From contig CABZIW010000001.1 of NCBI GenBank assembly GCA_902526005.1, positions 295,662-359,661 of the forward strand: a DNA stretch of 64,000 nucleotides, read 5' to 3'. The notes below the pieces were generated by a model. It searched no databases. It had not been told where the DNA came from and saw only the letters and a list, made by a program, of their open reading frames with translations. This DNA is from an uncultured Pelagibacteraceae bacterium (lineage in GTDB: Bacteria; Pseudomonadota; Alphaproteobacteria; Pelagibacterales; AG-422-B15). The first letter of the stretch is position 1; each line of letters begins with the position of its first letter. Shown here piece after piece: positions 1 through 10,249 of this stretch. The position numbers and the translations under genes are program-made.

Positions 1-1
1 T

Positions 2-889
2 GCTGTGGGTGGAGAAAAATGGGATAATTTAGATTTTTCTCTTAAACCTGAACAAGGCCTTTTGAGAATTAGAAAAGAATTAGACTTGTTTGCAAACTTA
101 AGGCCTGCTCTATGTTTTGAGTCAATGGTTGACGCCTCTTCTCTTAAACCAGACTTAGTATCAGGTCTCGATATATTAATTGTTAGAGAGCTTACTGGTG
201 GTATTTATTTTGGTGAACCAAGAGGTATTGAAGATAAAGGTAACGGAAATCGTATTGGAATTAACACTCAATCTTATAGCACTGAAGAAGTTAGAAGAGT
301 TGCACGTATAGCATTTGAACTTGCAAGCAAAAGAGGTAACAGGGTTACTTCTTGTGAAAAATCAAATGTAATGGAGTCTGGAATATTGTGGAGAGAAGAA
401 GTCTCTCATGTGCATAAAAATGAATATTCAAATGTCGAATTATCTCATATGTATGCAGATAATTGTGCGATGCAATTAGTTAGAAACCCAAAACAATTTG
501 ATGTTATTGTTACTGATAATTTATTTGGAGACATTCTTTCAGATGAGGCGGCCATGCTCACAGGTTCGCTTGGAATGTTGCCCTCTGCTTCTTTGGGTGC
601 AGTCGATAGTAATAATTTTAGAAAGTCTTTATACGAGCCAGTTCATGGGTCTGCGCCAGACATAGCTGGTAAAGGAATAGCAAACCCAATTGCATCTATT
701 CTTAGTTTTGCGATGTGTTTAAAGTACTCATTCAATATGGACAAGGAATCAGATCTTATAAATAAGGCTGTAAATAATGTACTTGCCAGTGGCTTTAAAA
801 CTGCGGATTTAATTGGCGATGATAACAAAAACCTATCAACAGTTGAAATGGGTGATCAAATATTAAATCAATTAAAAGAAAACTTTTAA
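2..889 (+). CDS. leuB: 3-isopropylmalate dehydrogenase, C-terminal ~295 aa (5' end lies upstream of window)
   Basis: Frame is open to the window edge. Motifs: [57 protein letters not shown]. The GTG at 5 in the ORF track is an artefact of truncation. Confidence 0.9.
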   Translation, partial: AVGGEKWDNLDFSLKPEQGLLRIRKELDLFANLRPALCFESMVDASSLKPDLVSGLDILIVRELTGGIYFGEPRGIEDKGNGNRIGINTQSYSTEEVRRVARIAFELASKRGNRVTSCEKSNVMESGILWREEVSHVHKNEYSNVELSHMYADNCAMQLVRNPKQFDVIVTDNLFGDILSDEAAMLTGSLGMLPSASLGAVDSNNFRKSLYEPVHGSAPDIAGKGIANPIASILSFAMCLKYSFNMDKESDLINKAVNNVLASGFKTADLIGDDNKNLSTVEMGDQILNQLKENF

Positions 890-892
890 ATT

Positions 893-1909
893 ATGAATTT
901 TAATATTGCTATAGTGGGTGCCACAGGAAATGTTGGAAGAGAAATGTTAAATATTCTCTCTGAAAAAAAATATGATGCGTCGAAAATATTTCCTGTAGCT
1001 TCTAGTAGAAGTGAAGGGATGGAAATTGAATTTGGGGAGGATAAACTAATTGTAGAATCTATTGAAAAGTTTGATCCTTCAAAAGTTGAATTGGCACTTT
1101 TCTCTGCTGGAGCTAGTACCTCAAAGGAATGGGCACCAAAGTTTGCAGAAAAAAACTGTATTGTTATAGATAACTCTAGTCATTTTAGAATGGAAGAAGA
1201 TATTCCTCTGGTCGTACCTGAGGTTAACCCAAGTGATCTAAATAATTATAAAAAAAGAAATATAATTGCTAATCCAAACTGCTCAACAATTCAATTAGTG
1301 GTTGCCTTAAAACCATTGCACAAAATTTCAAAAATAAAAAAAGTTATTGTATCAACTTATCAATCTGTTTCGGGTGCAGGTAAGGCTGGTATGGACGAGT
1401 TGTTTGAGCAAACAAAAAATATGTTCTCTGATGATATTAAAGATAATGTTAAATTTACCAAACCAATTGCCTTTAATGTCATACCCCATATTGATAAATT
1501 CATGGATGATGGATACACAAAAGAAGAATTAAAAATGAGACAAGAAACTCATAAAATTTTAAGTAATGAGATCAGCTTTAGCGCTACATGTGTTCGCGTT
1601 CCTGTATTTATTGGTCACTCTGAAGCTGTAAATATTGAGTTTGAAAACAAAATTTCAGTAGAAGAAGCACGTGAAGCTATTAAAAATGCTCCTGGGTGCA
1701 CACTACTTGATGAAAGAGCTGATGGAGGTTATGTAACTCCAAAAGAGTGTGCTGGAAATGATGATACGTATGTATCGCGAATTCGAGAGGATACGTCTAC
1801 AAAAAATGGATTATCTATTTGGGTAGTTTCTGATAATTTAAGGAAAGGTGCTGCTTTAAATACAATCCAAATCGCTGAAATGCTAATTGAGGAACATTTA
1901 TCTAAATGA
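893..1909 (+). CDS. asd: aspartate-semialdehyde dehydrogenase
   Basis: 338 aa. N-terminal IAIVGATGNVGREML Rossmann motif, active-site NPNCSTIQL, C-terminal VSDNLRKGAALN. Starts 3 nt after the leuB stop. Confidence 0.92.
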   Translation: MNFNIAIVGATGNVGREMLNILSEKKYDASKIFPVASSRSEGMEIEFGEDKLIVESIEKFDPSKVELALFSAGASTSKEWAPKFAEKNCIVIDNSSHFRMEEDIPLVVPEVNPSDLNNYKKRNIIANPNCSTIQLVVALKPLHKISKIKKVIVSTYQSVSGAGKAGMDELFEQTKNMFSDDIKDNVKFTKPIAFNVIPHIDKFMDDGYTKEELKMRQETHKILSNEISFSATCVRVPVFIGHSEAVNIEFENKISVEEAREAIKNAPGCTLLDERADGGYVTPKECAGNDDTYVSRIREDTSTKNGLSIWVVSDNLRKGAALNTIQIAEMLIEEHLSK

Positions 1910-3864
1910 GACAAGATGTAAGAAAACCAAGAAGAAGCGTACTTTATGTTCCTGGATCTAATCCAAAAGCATTAAAAAAAAGTAGTACGCTTGATGTAGA
2001 TGCAATTATTTACGACTTAGAAGACTCGGTAGCTGCAAATGCCAGAAATGATGCACGCACAGCAATTATCGAAATTATAAATTCTGGTGTAAACAAAAAT
2101 AAGGAACAGGTGATAAGAGTAAATGCTTTGGATACTGATGATGGTAAAATAGATATTAAGGTCTTGGACAAATGTAATCCCGATGCAATATTAATACCTA
2201 AAGTAAATGAAGCTAAAGATGTTAAAGCTTTTGAAAAATATCTTAAAAATAAAGAAACTAAAATTTGGGTTATGATGGAAACAGCTTTATCCATTGTAAA
2301 CGCGTATGATATTGCAAAATCATCAAAATATTTAAAATGTTTTGTAATGGGAACTAATGACTTGTCTGCAGAGTTGGGTATAGAGGAAGAACTGAAAAGA
2401 ACTGCATTAGTCACAAGTTTTGAGAAATGTATGATGGCGACAAAAGCCTACAAATTATCACTACTTGATGGAGTTTTTAATGACATCAGAGACTCTAATG
2501 GCTTTGAAGAAGAGTGCATCTATAGTCATGGTCTTGGATTTGATGGTAAAACCTTAATACACCCCGGACAAATACAAATATGCAATAAAATATTCACCCC
2601 TACGGCTGAACAACTAGACAAAGCAAAACGAATTGTTGCAGCCTTTGAGGATGCAAGAAAAAAGGACCCGAATGTTGGAGTAATTACGTTTGAAGGCAGT
2701 CAGATAGAGGAATTACACGTAAATCATGCAAAACGAATTATAGAAGCAGAATTGCTTGTTTCAAAAGTTACAGAACTAGATCAATCAGAAGTTATACAAA
2801 CTTCTTCAAGTAAATATAAAATTGGTAATTTTTTTGAAAATTTTAAGTTAGGACAAAAAATAATACACGCAACTCCACGAACAATAACATATGGAGATTG
2901 TGCACTTTATACAGCTTTATACGGTTCAAGGTATGCCCTGCACTGCTCAGATGAGTTTGCAAAAAAACTCTCATTAGAAAAATCACCAATTGACGATTTT
3001 CTTTTATTTAACTTAGCTTTTGGTAAAACTGTCCCAGATATCTCTTTAAATGCAATTGCCAATTTAGGTTACGCAGAGTGTAAGTTTTTAAAGCCAGCTT
3101 ATCCAGGAGATACAATTAGTTCAACTTCAGAAGTGATTGGCATTAAAGAGAATTCAAGTGGAGAAAATGGAGTAGTCTATGTTCACTCTGTAGGCACTAA
3201 TCAGCATGACGAACCAGTTATTGATTATAAAAGATGGGTTATGGTTAGAAAAAAAAATAGAAATCTAAATAAAGCAGAACCGTCTATACCAGAATTAAAT
3301 AAAGAGCTGACAAGTGAGGAGGTTGTAGAAATTGCAAAAAAATATGATTTTGATTGTGCAGGATATGATTATAAAGCCTCAGGCTCTGATCTTTGTTATG
3401 AGGATTATTCTATTGACGAAAAAATAAATCATATTGATGGTATGACAGTTGAAGAGGCTGAACATATGATGGCAACGAAATTATACCAGAACAATGCAAA
3501 AGTTCACTTTAACCATTTTGTTGAAAAAGGTGGCAGGTTTGGAAAAAGAATTGTTTATGGTGGTCACGTTATAAGTTTAACAAGAGCTTTATCTTTTAAT
3601 GGACTTTCAAATGCTTTTAAAATTATTGCGATCAACGGTGGAACTCACGCATCACCGTGTTTTGCTGGAACAACTGTTTTTGCCTGGAGTTTAATTTTAG
3701 ATAAAGTCGAAGTATCAGAATCATTAGGTGCTATTCGAATCAGAACCAATGGAATTGGTGATGCACAGGCTTATCAGTTTCAACATCAAGATAGTAACAA
3801 GCGCTTTGATCCATCCGTTTTGTTAAGTCTTGATTATTGGGCTTTAATTCCAAGAAAAAAATAA
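1906..3864 (+). CDS. fusion protein: CitE/HpcH-family acyl-CoA lyase (malyl-CoA/beta-methylmalyl-CoA lyase-like) plus MaoC-type double-hotdog enoyl-CoA hydratase (mesaconyl-CoA hydratase-like)
   Basis: 652 aa with no internal stop. The N-terminal ~285 aa carry RRSVLYVPGSNPKALKK, DAIIYDLEDSV and LIHPGQI (CitE-like). The C-terminal ~350 aa carry FFENFKLGQKIIHATPRTITYGDCALYTALYG and a second hotdog half (RIVYGGHVISL). The start overlaps the asd stop (ATGA). Confidence 0.72.
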   Translation: MRQDVRKPRRSVLYVPGSNPKALKKSSTLDVDAIIYDLEDSVAANARNDARTAIIEIINSGVNKNKEQVIRVNALDTDDGKIDIKVLDKCNPDAILIPKVNEAKDVKAFEKYLKNKETKIWVMMETALSIVNAYDIAKSSKYLKCFVMGTNDLSAELGIEEELKRTALVTSFEKCMMATKAYKLSLLDGVFNDIRDSNGFEEECIYSHGLGFDGKTLIHPGQIQICNKIFTPTAEQLDKAKRIVAAFEDARKKDPNVGVITFEGSQIEELHVNHAKRIIEAELLVSKVTELDQSEVIQTSSSKYKIGNFFENFKLGQKIIHATPRTITYGDCALYTALYGSRYALHCSDEFAKKLSLEKSPIDDFLLFNLAFGKTVPDISLNAIANLGYAECKFLKPAYPGDTISSTSEVIGIKENSSGENGVVYVHSVGTNQHDEPVIDYKRWVMVRKKNRNLNKAEPSIPELNKELTSEEVVEIAKKYDFDCAGYDYKASGSDLCYEDYSIDEKINHIDGMTVEEAEHMMATKLYQNNAKVHFNHFVEKGGRFGKRIVYGGHVISLTRALSFNGLSNAFKIIAINGGTHASPCFAGTTVFAWSLILDKVEVSESLGAIRIRTNGIGDAQAYQFQHQDSNKRFDPSVLLSLDYWALIPRKK

Positions 3865-3912
3865 TTTACTGTCGTTTAATCACCGGCAATTTGGTATATA
3901 TAAATATTACTA

Positions 3913-4290
3913 ATGACCAGTCCCTTATCACCACATTTGCAAGTTTATAGATGGCAAATTACATCAATACTATCAATTCTTCATAGAATAACGGGTATAG
4001 TTTCATCATTAGGTGTAATCATATTAGTAATATTTTTATATTCAATTAGCGCTGGCGAAGAAACTTTTCAATTTATAATTTCCTTATCAGAAAATATTTT
4101 TATAAGAACAATATTAATAGGTCTTACGTTTTCATATTTGTTTTATTTTTTAAACTGCTTGAGGCACTTATTCTGGGACGTTGGTATTGGGCTTGAATTA
4201 AATACTGCCAAATTGACAGGTTGGATTACAATTTTGTTTACTGTTTTGCTCACTGTTCTATTTTGGCTTTCAATTATGATTGGATATTAA
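3913..4290 (+). CDS. sdhC: succinate dehydrogenase cytochrome b556 subunit
   Basis: 125 aa with three hydrophobic helices. N-terminal SPHLQVYRW motif. Sits immediately upstream of sdhD/A/B. Confidence 0.82.
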   Translation: MTSPLSPHLQVYRWQITSILSILHRITGIVSSLGVIILVIFLYSISAGEETFQFIISLSENIFIRTILIGLTFSYLFYFLNCLRHLFWDVGIGLELNTAKLTGWITILFTVLLTVLFWLSIMIGY

Positions 4291-4292
4291 CT

Positions 4293-4622
4293 ATGTCGGC
4301 CAAAAATACTTGGAAACTTCATCGATGGAGCACGATTTTACTGCTACCACTTGTTGCTTATTTATTTATAAAGATAATACACCTTTCCACTCTGCCATAT
4401 CAATTAATTTTGAATGAATTAAGCAACTTATGGGGTGTAGGGTTTATATTGATTTTCACGGTCTTAGGATTAATTCATATGAATACAGGGGTGCACGAAA
4501 TCCTTGATGATTACGTTCACTCTGATGTGGTTAAAAGGATATTAAATATAATAATTTCAATATTTTTTTTACTAATACTAATTTTTATTTGTTTGTCACT
4601 ACTACTAATTTTTATAGGTTAA
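4293..4622 (+). CDS. sdhD: succinate dehydrogenase hydrophobic membrane anchor subunit
   Basis: The tracked ORF start (4221) overlaps sdhC. An in-frame ATG at 4293, 2 nt after the sdhC stop, gives a 109-aa three-helix protein. Position between sdhC and sdhA supports the call. Confidence 0.75.
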   Translation: MSAKNTWKLHRWSTILLLPLVAYLFIKIIHLSTLPYQLILNELSNLWGVGFILIFTVLGLIHMNTGVHEILDDYVHSDVVKRILNIIISIFFLLILIFICLSLLLIFIG

Positions 4623-4626
4623 CTTA

Positions 4627-6402
4627 ATGAATTACGAAATTGAATATCACGATTACGATGTAGTTGTTGTTGGCGCTGGTGGATCAGGTTTGAGAGCGAC
4701 AGTAGGCGCTGTTGAGAATGGTTACAAGACTGCTTGTATTTCAAAAGTATTCCCAACCAGAAGTCATACGGTTGCAGCACAGGGAGGCATCTCTGCTGCG
4801 CTTGGAAATATGGGTGATGATGATTGGAGATGGCACATGTATGATACTGTGAAAGGCTCTGATTGGCTTGGGGATCAGGATGCAATTGAGTATTTGTGCA
4901 AAAATGCACCAAAAGCTGTTTTAGAATTAGAGAACTATGGAGTTCCATTTAGTCGAACAGAGGACGGAAAAATTTATCAAAGAGCCTTTGGAGGGATGAC
5001 CAAAAATTATGGTGAAGGTACTGCACAAAGAACATGTGCTGCTGCTGATCGAACTGGCCACGCAATAATTCACACTTTATATGGGCAATCATTAAAACAC
5101 GACGTTGACTATTATATTGAATATTTTGTTTTGGACTTATTAATGGTTGACGGTGAATGCAGGGGTGTTGTTGCATGGTGTTTAGAGGACGGTAAATTAC
5201 ATGTATTTAATTCTAAACAAACAATACTAGCGTCAGGTGGATATGGCCGTGTTTATTTTTCTGCAACTTCAGCTCACACCTGTACAGGCGATGGTAACGC
5301 TATGGTTTTAAGAGCCGGCCTACCTTTGCAAGATATGGAATTTGTTCAATTTCATCCAACAGGTATTTATGGAGTTGGTTGTCTTATAACAGAGGGCGCA
5401 AGAGGAGAAGGCGGCTATTTAGTAAACAGTGAGGGCGAACGTTTCATGGAGAGATACGCACCATCAGCAAAAGACTTAGCTTCAAGAGATGTTGTTTCTC
5501 GTTCTATAACAAAAGAAATTTTAGAGGGTAGAGGTGTTGGTAAAGATAAGGACCATGCTTATCTGCATCTTGATCATATAGACTCAGATATATTGGAAGA
5601 AAGATTGCCTGGTATTTCAGAATCCGCAAAAGTTTTCGCAGGGGTAGATGTAACTAAAGAGCCAATTCCTATTATACCGACAGTTCATTATAATATGGGT
5701 GGAATTCCAACAAACTTTCATGGAGAAGTAATGAACCTCGAAAAAGGAAATGAAACGATCGTACAGGGTTTGATGGCGGTTGGTGAAGCTGCTTGTGTGA
5801 GTGTTCATGGCGCAAACAGACTCGGATCAAATTCTCTTATTGATTTAGTGGTTTTTGGTAAAGCAGCTGCAGATAGAATAAATGATACAGTAAATAAAGA
5901 TGAACCAAATAAGGAAATTCCCAGTCACGTCATCGATGAAGTCATTGCAAGGTTTGATAGTACACGAACTTCTGATGGGGATATTTCAACTTCAGAATTA
6001 AGGTCTCAAATGCAGAGAGTTATGCAGAAACACTGTGCTGTTTTTAGAGATGATGAAATTATGACTGAAGGAAAAAAACTCATCGAAGAAACTTGGTTAA
6101 ACTCAGAAAATATTAAAATTAAAGACAAATCACTTATATGGAATACTGATTTGTTAGAGACACTTGAATATAAAAACCTAATTGCACAAGCTGTAGTTAC
6201 AATGAACTCCGCGCTAAATAGAAAAGAAAGTAGAGGGGCTCATGCTCGAGAAGACTATAAGGAAAGAGATGATAAAAATTGGATGAAGCATACAATGTCA
6301 TGGCTGAACGATAAGAGTTGTGAACTGGATTATAGATCAGTTCACGAATACACATTATCAAATGAAGTTAAATATATAGCGCCAAAGGCCAGAGTTTATT
6401 AA
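4627..6402 (+). CDS. sdhA: succinate dehydrogenase flavoprotein subunit
   Basis: 591 aa. [16 protein letters not shown] motif, covalent-FAD [29 protein letters not shown]. Confidence 0.97.
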   Translation: MNYEIEYHDYDVVVVGAGGSGLRATVGAVENGYKTACISKVFPTRSHTVAAQGGISAALGNMGDDDWRWHMYDTVKGSDWLGDQDAIEYLCKNAPKAVLELENYGVPFSRTEDGKIYQRAFGGMTKNYGEGTAQRTCAAADRTGHAIIHTLYGQSLKHDVDYYIEYFVLDLLMVDGECRGVVAWCLEDGKLHVFNSKQTILASGGYGRVYFSATSAHTCTGDGNAMVLRAGLPLQDMEFVQFHPTGIYGVGCLITEGARGEGGYLVNSEGERFMERYAPSAKDLASRDVVSRSITKEILEGRGVGKDKDHAYLHLDHIDSDILEERLPGISESAKVFAGVDVTKEPIPIIPTVHYNMGGIPTNFHGEVMNLEKGNETIVQGLMAVGEAACVSVHGANRLGSNSLIDLVVFGKAAADRINDTVNKDEPNKEIPSHVIDEVIARFDSTRTSDGDISTSELRSQMQRVMQKHCAVFRDDEIMTEGKKLIEETWLNSENIKIKDKSLIWNTDLLETLEYKNLIAQAVVTMNSALNRKESRGAHAREDYKERDDKNWMKHTMSWLNDKSCELDYRSVHEYTLSNEVKYIAPKARVY

Positions 6403-7178
6403 TGGTTCAGTTTAATCTTCCCGACAATTCTAAATTAACAGACGGAGACTACTACAGGTCTGAAAAAAGCAATGGGAATACTAAAAAATTCAAAATCTAC
6501 CGTTGGTCTCCTGATGACGAAAAAAACCCAAGAATGGATACATATGAAGTTGATTTAGACGATTGTGGCCCAATGGTATTAGACGCAGTTATGAAAATTA
6601 AAAGTGAAATTGATACTTCATTAACCTTTAGAAGATCATGTCGCGAGGGTATATGTGGTTCTTGCGCAATGAATATCGATGGAACAAATACACTTGCTTG
6701 TACTAAAGCAATCAGTGATGTGAAAGGTGATATAAAAATTTATCCTCTACCTCACATGCCAGTTATAAAAGACTTGGTTACAAATTTAAAAACACTCTAC
6801 AAGCAACTAAAGTCAATCAAGCCATGGCTTATGAATAAGAAGCAAAACGCAAACGATAGTGAAAATATACAATCAAGAAATGACCGAGAAAAATTAGATG
6901 GCTTGTATGAATGTATTCTGTGTGCTTGTTGTTCAACTTCATGCCCAAGCTATTGGTGGAACAGTGACAAATATTTGGGCCCTGCTGTCCTGCTTCAGTC
7001 ATATCGCTGGTTACAAGATAGCCGTGATGAGGAAAGAAAAGAGAGATTAAAGGAATTAGATGATACGTTCAAAGTTTATAGATGCCATACAATAATGAAC
7101 TGCACTCAAGCTTGTCCAAAAGGTCTCAACCCCGCAAAGGCTATTGCTGGTATCAAACAAATGATAGCACAGCAGTAA
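6402..7178 (+). CDS. sdhB: succinate dehydrogenase iron-sulfur subunit
   Basis: 258 aa. Cys clusters [23 protein letters not shown] and [15 protein letters not shown]. The start overlaps the sdhA stop. Confidence 0.97.
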   Translation: MVQFNLPDNSKLTDGDYYRSEKSNGNTKKFKIYRWSPDDEKNPRMDTYEVDLDDCGPMVLDAVMKIKSEIDTSLTFRRSCREGICGSCAMNIDGTNTLACTKAISDVKGDIKIYPLPHMPVIKDLVTNLKTLYKQLKSIKPWLMNKKQNANDSENIQSRNDREKLDGLYECILCACCSTSCPSYWWNSDKYLGPAVLLQSYRWLQDSRDEERKERLKELDDTFKVYRCHTIMNCTQACPKGLNPAKAIAGIKQMIAQQ

Positions 7179-7266
7179 TTAAATTATTGTAAAATCAAAA
7201 AGTATACTTACCAGAAGAACTGTAATAATAATTGTAACTACGATAAAATAATTAACCACTATAAAT

Positions 7267-7325
7267 CTCAATGGCGGGCAGTTGATTAGGGGATTTTATG
7301 AAAATATTACGTACCCACCATTGAG
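7267..7325. repeat. inverted repeat / long hairpin (12-bp arms, 35-nt loop) in the sdhB-smr convergent spacer
   Basis: Left arm ctcaatggcggg (7267-7278), right arm cccaccattgag (7314-7325). There is one C/A mismatch on the + strand, which becomes a G-U pair on the - strand. The arms form a locally GC-rich patch in an AT-rich spacer. No U-run follows on either strand. Confidence 0.5.
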
Positions 7326-7393
7326 TTATACATATAAGTGTAAAACTTTCTAATTAAACTCTAATAAGTTTGCCAAAATGACAGAGCTTGATT

Positions 7394-7636
7394 TCAATAT
7401 TTCCTCTGGATTTTAACAACAAAACTGCCTTCATGCCAACTCTGTTCAATGTACTGTATTTGGTGACTGCTTTCTGCCCAATGAGGAAATTCTTTTCTGA
7501 TTTGTCCACTTTTACCTGTTATGACCTCTACTTTGGGTATACTTCTTTGGTAAGCTTCGTAAATAAAGTCAGTGAATTCTTGATAAGCATCCTCAAGTGT
7601 AAATCCATGAAGGTCAAGTTTTCTCATAATTTTCAA
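7394..7636 (-). CDS. stand-alone Smr (small MutS-related) domain protein
   Basis: 80 aa. Begins with the Smr hallmark LDLHG followed by EVITGKSG. TGA stop. Confidence 0.8.
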   Translation of the reverse strand: MKIMRKLDLHGFTLEDAYQEFTDFIYEAYQRSIPKVEVITGKSGQIRKEFPHWAESSHQIQYIEQSWHEGSFVVKIQRKY

Positions 7637-7677
7637 ACATTGCCATTAGTTGTATTTAATCTAGAATATTTCATTAT

Positions 7678-8685
7678 ATGAAAAATTCTTATACTAAACC
7701 TAATCTCGATACTAAGTATTTTGATGATTTATTCAACTCACTACCTTCAATGGAGAATAAAACAGTTGCTATAACAGGCACAACTTCTGGGCTTGGATTT
7801 TATGCTGCTGAGTCAGTAGCTAAGCTTGGTGCTAAAGTTCTACTATTGAATCGTCCTTCGACTAGAGCCGAGTCATCTTTAAATTTACTTAGACAAAATT
7901 GTGCAAACGGAAATTTTCACAGAGTGGATTGTGATCTACAAAGTTTTGACTCGGTAAAAACTGCATTTCCAAAAATTAATGAAATATGTAGCGATGGCCT
8001 TGATGTATTATGCAATAATGCGGGCGTAATGGCTCTTAAAGATAAAGCCACAATCGACGGCTTTGATGTACAAATGCAAACTAATCACTTGTCCCATTTT
8101 CTTCTAACTAAATTATGTATGCCCTTACTAGAAAAAGCATCACAATTAAGGGATGAAGCAAGAATAGTTAATCATTCTAGTATTGCACGCTTTCAAACAA
8201 AAAGACTTAAAGAAAAGTTTCTTGAAAAAAAAGGCGGTAACTTAGGTGGAGATGGAGGTAATTTGATGTTTGGTGGTGGCCGATGGGAGCGTTATGCCCA
8301 GACAAAGCTTGCTAATGCTGCATTCACTGCATGTTTGCATGAAAAGTTGCAAAAAAATAATTCAAAAATTAGAGCGATGGTTGCTCATCCGGGTCTTGCA
8401 GAAAGTGATTTACAATCTACAACAGTAGAGGATGGCGGAATGGGCAGTTTTTTTACAAAATATTTAATGAAGTTTGGGCAGTCTGAAAAAGATGGAACTT
8501 TGGGTCTCCTAAGATGTATTGCAGATCCTAAAATTAATTCAGGCTCAATGGTAGGGCCTGGTTTAAAAGGAATGAAAGGTAAAGCAAAATCTTTTTCACT
8601 TGAGTCTTTTTATGATAATCCTGAAGTCAAGAGCATGCTGTGGGCCAAAAGCTGTGAGGCTATAGGCGAAAGTTTTGAAATCTAG
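7678..8685 (+). CDS. short-chain dehydrogenase/reductase family oxidoreductase, substrate unknown
   Basis: 335 aa. TGTTSGLGFYAA (TGxxxGxG), NNAG and YAQTK (YxxxK) motifs. Confidence 0.8.
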   Translation: MKNSYTKPNLDTKYFDDLFNSLPSMENKTVAITGTTSGLGFYAAESVAKLGAKVLLLNRPSTRAESSLNLLRQNCANGNFHRVDCDLQSFDSVKTAFPKINEICSDGLDVLCNNAGVMALKDKATIDGFDVQMQTNHLSHFLLTKLCMPLLEKASQLRDEARIVNHSSIARFQTKRLKEKFLEKKGGNLGGDGGNLMFGGGRWERYAQTKLANAAFTACLHEKLQKNNSKIRAMVAHPGLAESDLQSTTVEDGGMGSFFTKYLMKFGQSEKDGTLGLLRCIADPKINSGSMVGPGLKGMKGKAKSFSLESFYDNPEVKSMLWAKSCEAIGESFEI

Positions 8686-8694
8686 GTAATTTAG

Positions 8695-10188
8695 ATGAAT
8701 ATTGTTAATCATTTTATTAATGGTAAAGAGTACGTGAGTAAGTCAGATAGATTTGGTGACGTATATAATCCTGCAAATGGAGAAAAAATAAGAGAAGTTA
8801 ACTTTGCTAACAAAGAAGATGTATCCGTGGCAATAAGTTGTGCAGTCAAAGCAGGTAAAGAATGGGCTGCTACTCCATCACTGACTAGATCTCGAGTTTT
8901 ATTTAAATTCAAAGATTTAATTCTCAGAGATATGGACAAATTAGCTCTGGAATTAACAACAGAACATGGAAAAATTTTATCAGACTCAGTTGGCTCAATA
9001 ACAAGAGGCATGGAAGTAGTTGAGTTTGCTTGTGGTATTCCTCATTTGCTTAAAGGAGAATATTCTGAAAACGTCGGATCAAATATCGACAGCTGGAGTA
9101 TGCGACAGCCTCTTGGGGTTTGTGTGGGAATTTCACCTTTCAATTTTCCTGCTATGGTTCCAATGTGGATGTTTGTTATGTCTATTGCATGCGGTAATTC
9201 ATTTATTTTAAAACCGAGTGAAAAAGATCCAACGGTTCCATACATGATGGGAGATTTACTTAAAGAAGCAGGGTTGCCAGATGGTGTTTTCAATGTGGTT
9301 AACGGCGATAAAGAAGCAGTAGACCTTCTGATCACCGATCCTGAAGTTGCATCAGTTAGTTTTGTTGGCTCGACTCCAGTTGCTGAGTACATTTATCATA
9401 CATCTTCTAAACACAATAAGCGCGTCCAGTCATTAGGCGGTGCAAAAAATCATATGGTTGTAATGCCTGATGCAGATTTAGACCAAGTTGTTGATGGCCT
9501 GATCGGCGCAGGGTATGGATCTGCAGGAGAGCGATGCATGGCTCTCTCTGTTGCTGTAGCTGTTGGTGATGTGGGTGATAAATTAATTGAAAAGCTTGCC
9601 CCTCGCGTTCAGGGACTTAAAGTTGGCCCCGGAACAGATCCAGAAGTTGAAATGGGTCCACTCATCAGTGATGTACATTTATCAAAAGTAAAAAGCTATG
9701 TTGACTCTGGAGTTGCTGAAGGAGCTGATCTTATAGTGGATGGAAGATCAATATCTCTTCAAGGTTATGAAAATGGATACTTCATCGGAGGCTGTTTATT
9801 TGATCATGTTAAGGAAGATATGAAGATATATAGGGAAGAAATATTTGGACCTGTATTATCTGTTGTACGTCAACCTACTTTTGACGATGCTTTAAAAATG
9901 GTTAACGATCATGAATTCGGAAACGGCACCACTATTTATACTCGTGATGGTGACACAGCTAGAGCTTTTGCTAATCAATGCAAAATTGGAATGGTTGGAG
10001 TGAATGTTCCCATACCGGTACCCATGGCTTTTCATAGCTTTGGTGGTTGGAAAAGATCCTTATTTGGGGATCATGCAATGCATGGTATGGACGGAGTAAG
10101 GTTCTTTACGCGTCTCAAAACTGTTACTTCGAGATGGCCAACTGGTATTAGAAAAGGTGCTGAATTTACCATTCCAACAATGAAGTAA
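8695..10188 (+). CDS. mmsA: methylmalonate-semialdehyde dehydrogenase (CoA-acylating)
   Basis: 497 aa with an aldehyde dehydrogenase fold. Motifs [21 protein letters not shown], catalytic-Cys context GERCMA. The N-terminus (NHFINGKE...) and the length are typical of MmsA. Confidence 0.85.
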   Translation: MNIVNHFINGKEYVSKSDRFGDVYNPANGEKIREVNFANKEDVSVAISCAVKAGKEWAATPSLTRSRVLFKFKDLILRDMDKLALELTTEHGKILSDSVGSITRGMEVVEFACGIPHLLKGEYSENVGSNIDSWSMRQPLGVCVGISPFNFPAMVPMWMFVMSIACGNSFILKPSEKDPTVPYMMGDLLKEAGLPDGVFNVVNGDKEAVDLLITDPEVASVSFVGSTPVAEYIYHTSSKHNKRVQSLGGAKNHMVVMPDADLDQVVDGLIGAGYGSAGERCMALSVAVAVGDVGDKLIEKLAPRVQGLKVGPGTDPEVEMGPLISDVHLSKVKSYVDSGVAEGADLIVDGRSISLQGYENGYFIGGCLFDHVKEDMKIYREEIFGPVLSVVRQPTFDDALKMVNDHEFGNGTTIYTRDGDTARAFANQCKIGMVGVNVPIPVPMAFHSFGGWKRSLFGDHAMHGMDGVRFFTRLKTVTSRWPTGIRKGAEFTIPTMK

Positions 10189-10249
10189 ATATTTAATTTA
10201 TCTTGATTTTAATCGCTATCTAGTTAGTTTACCGAGCTATAAACTCATC

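Noticed and set aside
7298-7324. 8-codon ORF MKILRTHH with an AGGGGA Shine-Dalgarno-like sequence 4 nt upstream, inside the hairpin loop.
   Set aside because: It is too short to evaluate. There is no downstream plus-strand gene it could regulate, because the next gene is antisense. The purine-rich patch is part of the hairpin region.
7388-7681. 97-aa plus-strand ORF overlapping the Smr gene.
   Set aside because: The minus-strand frame encodes a clean Smr domain (LDLHG...VITGKSG). The plus-strand product has no recognisable features and would run into the start of the SDR gene.
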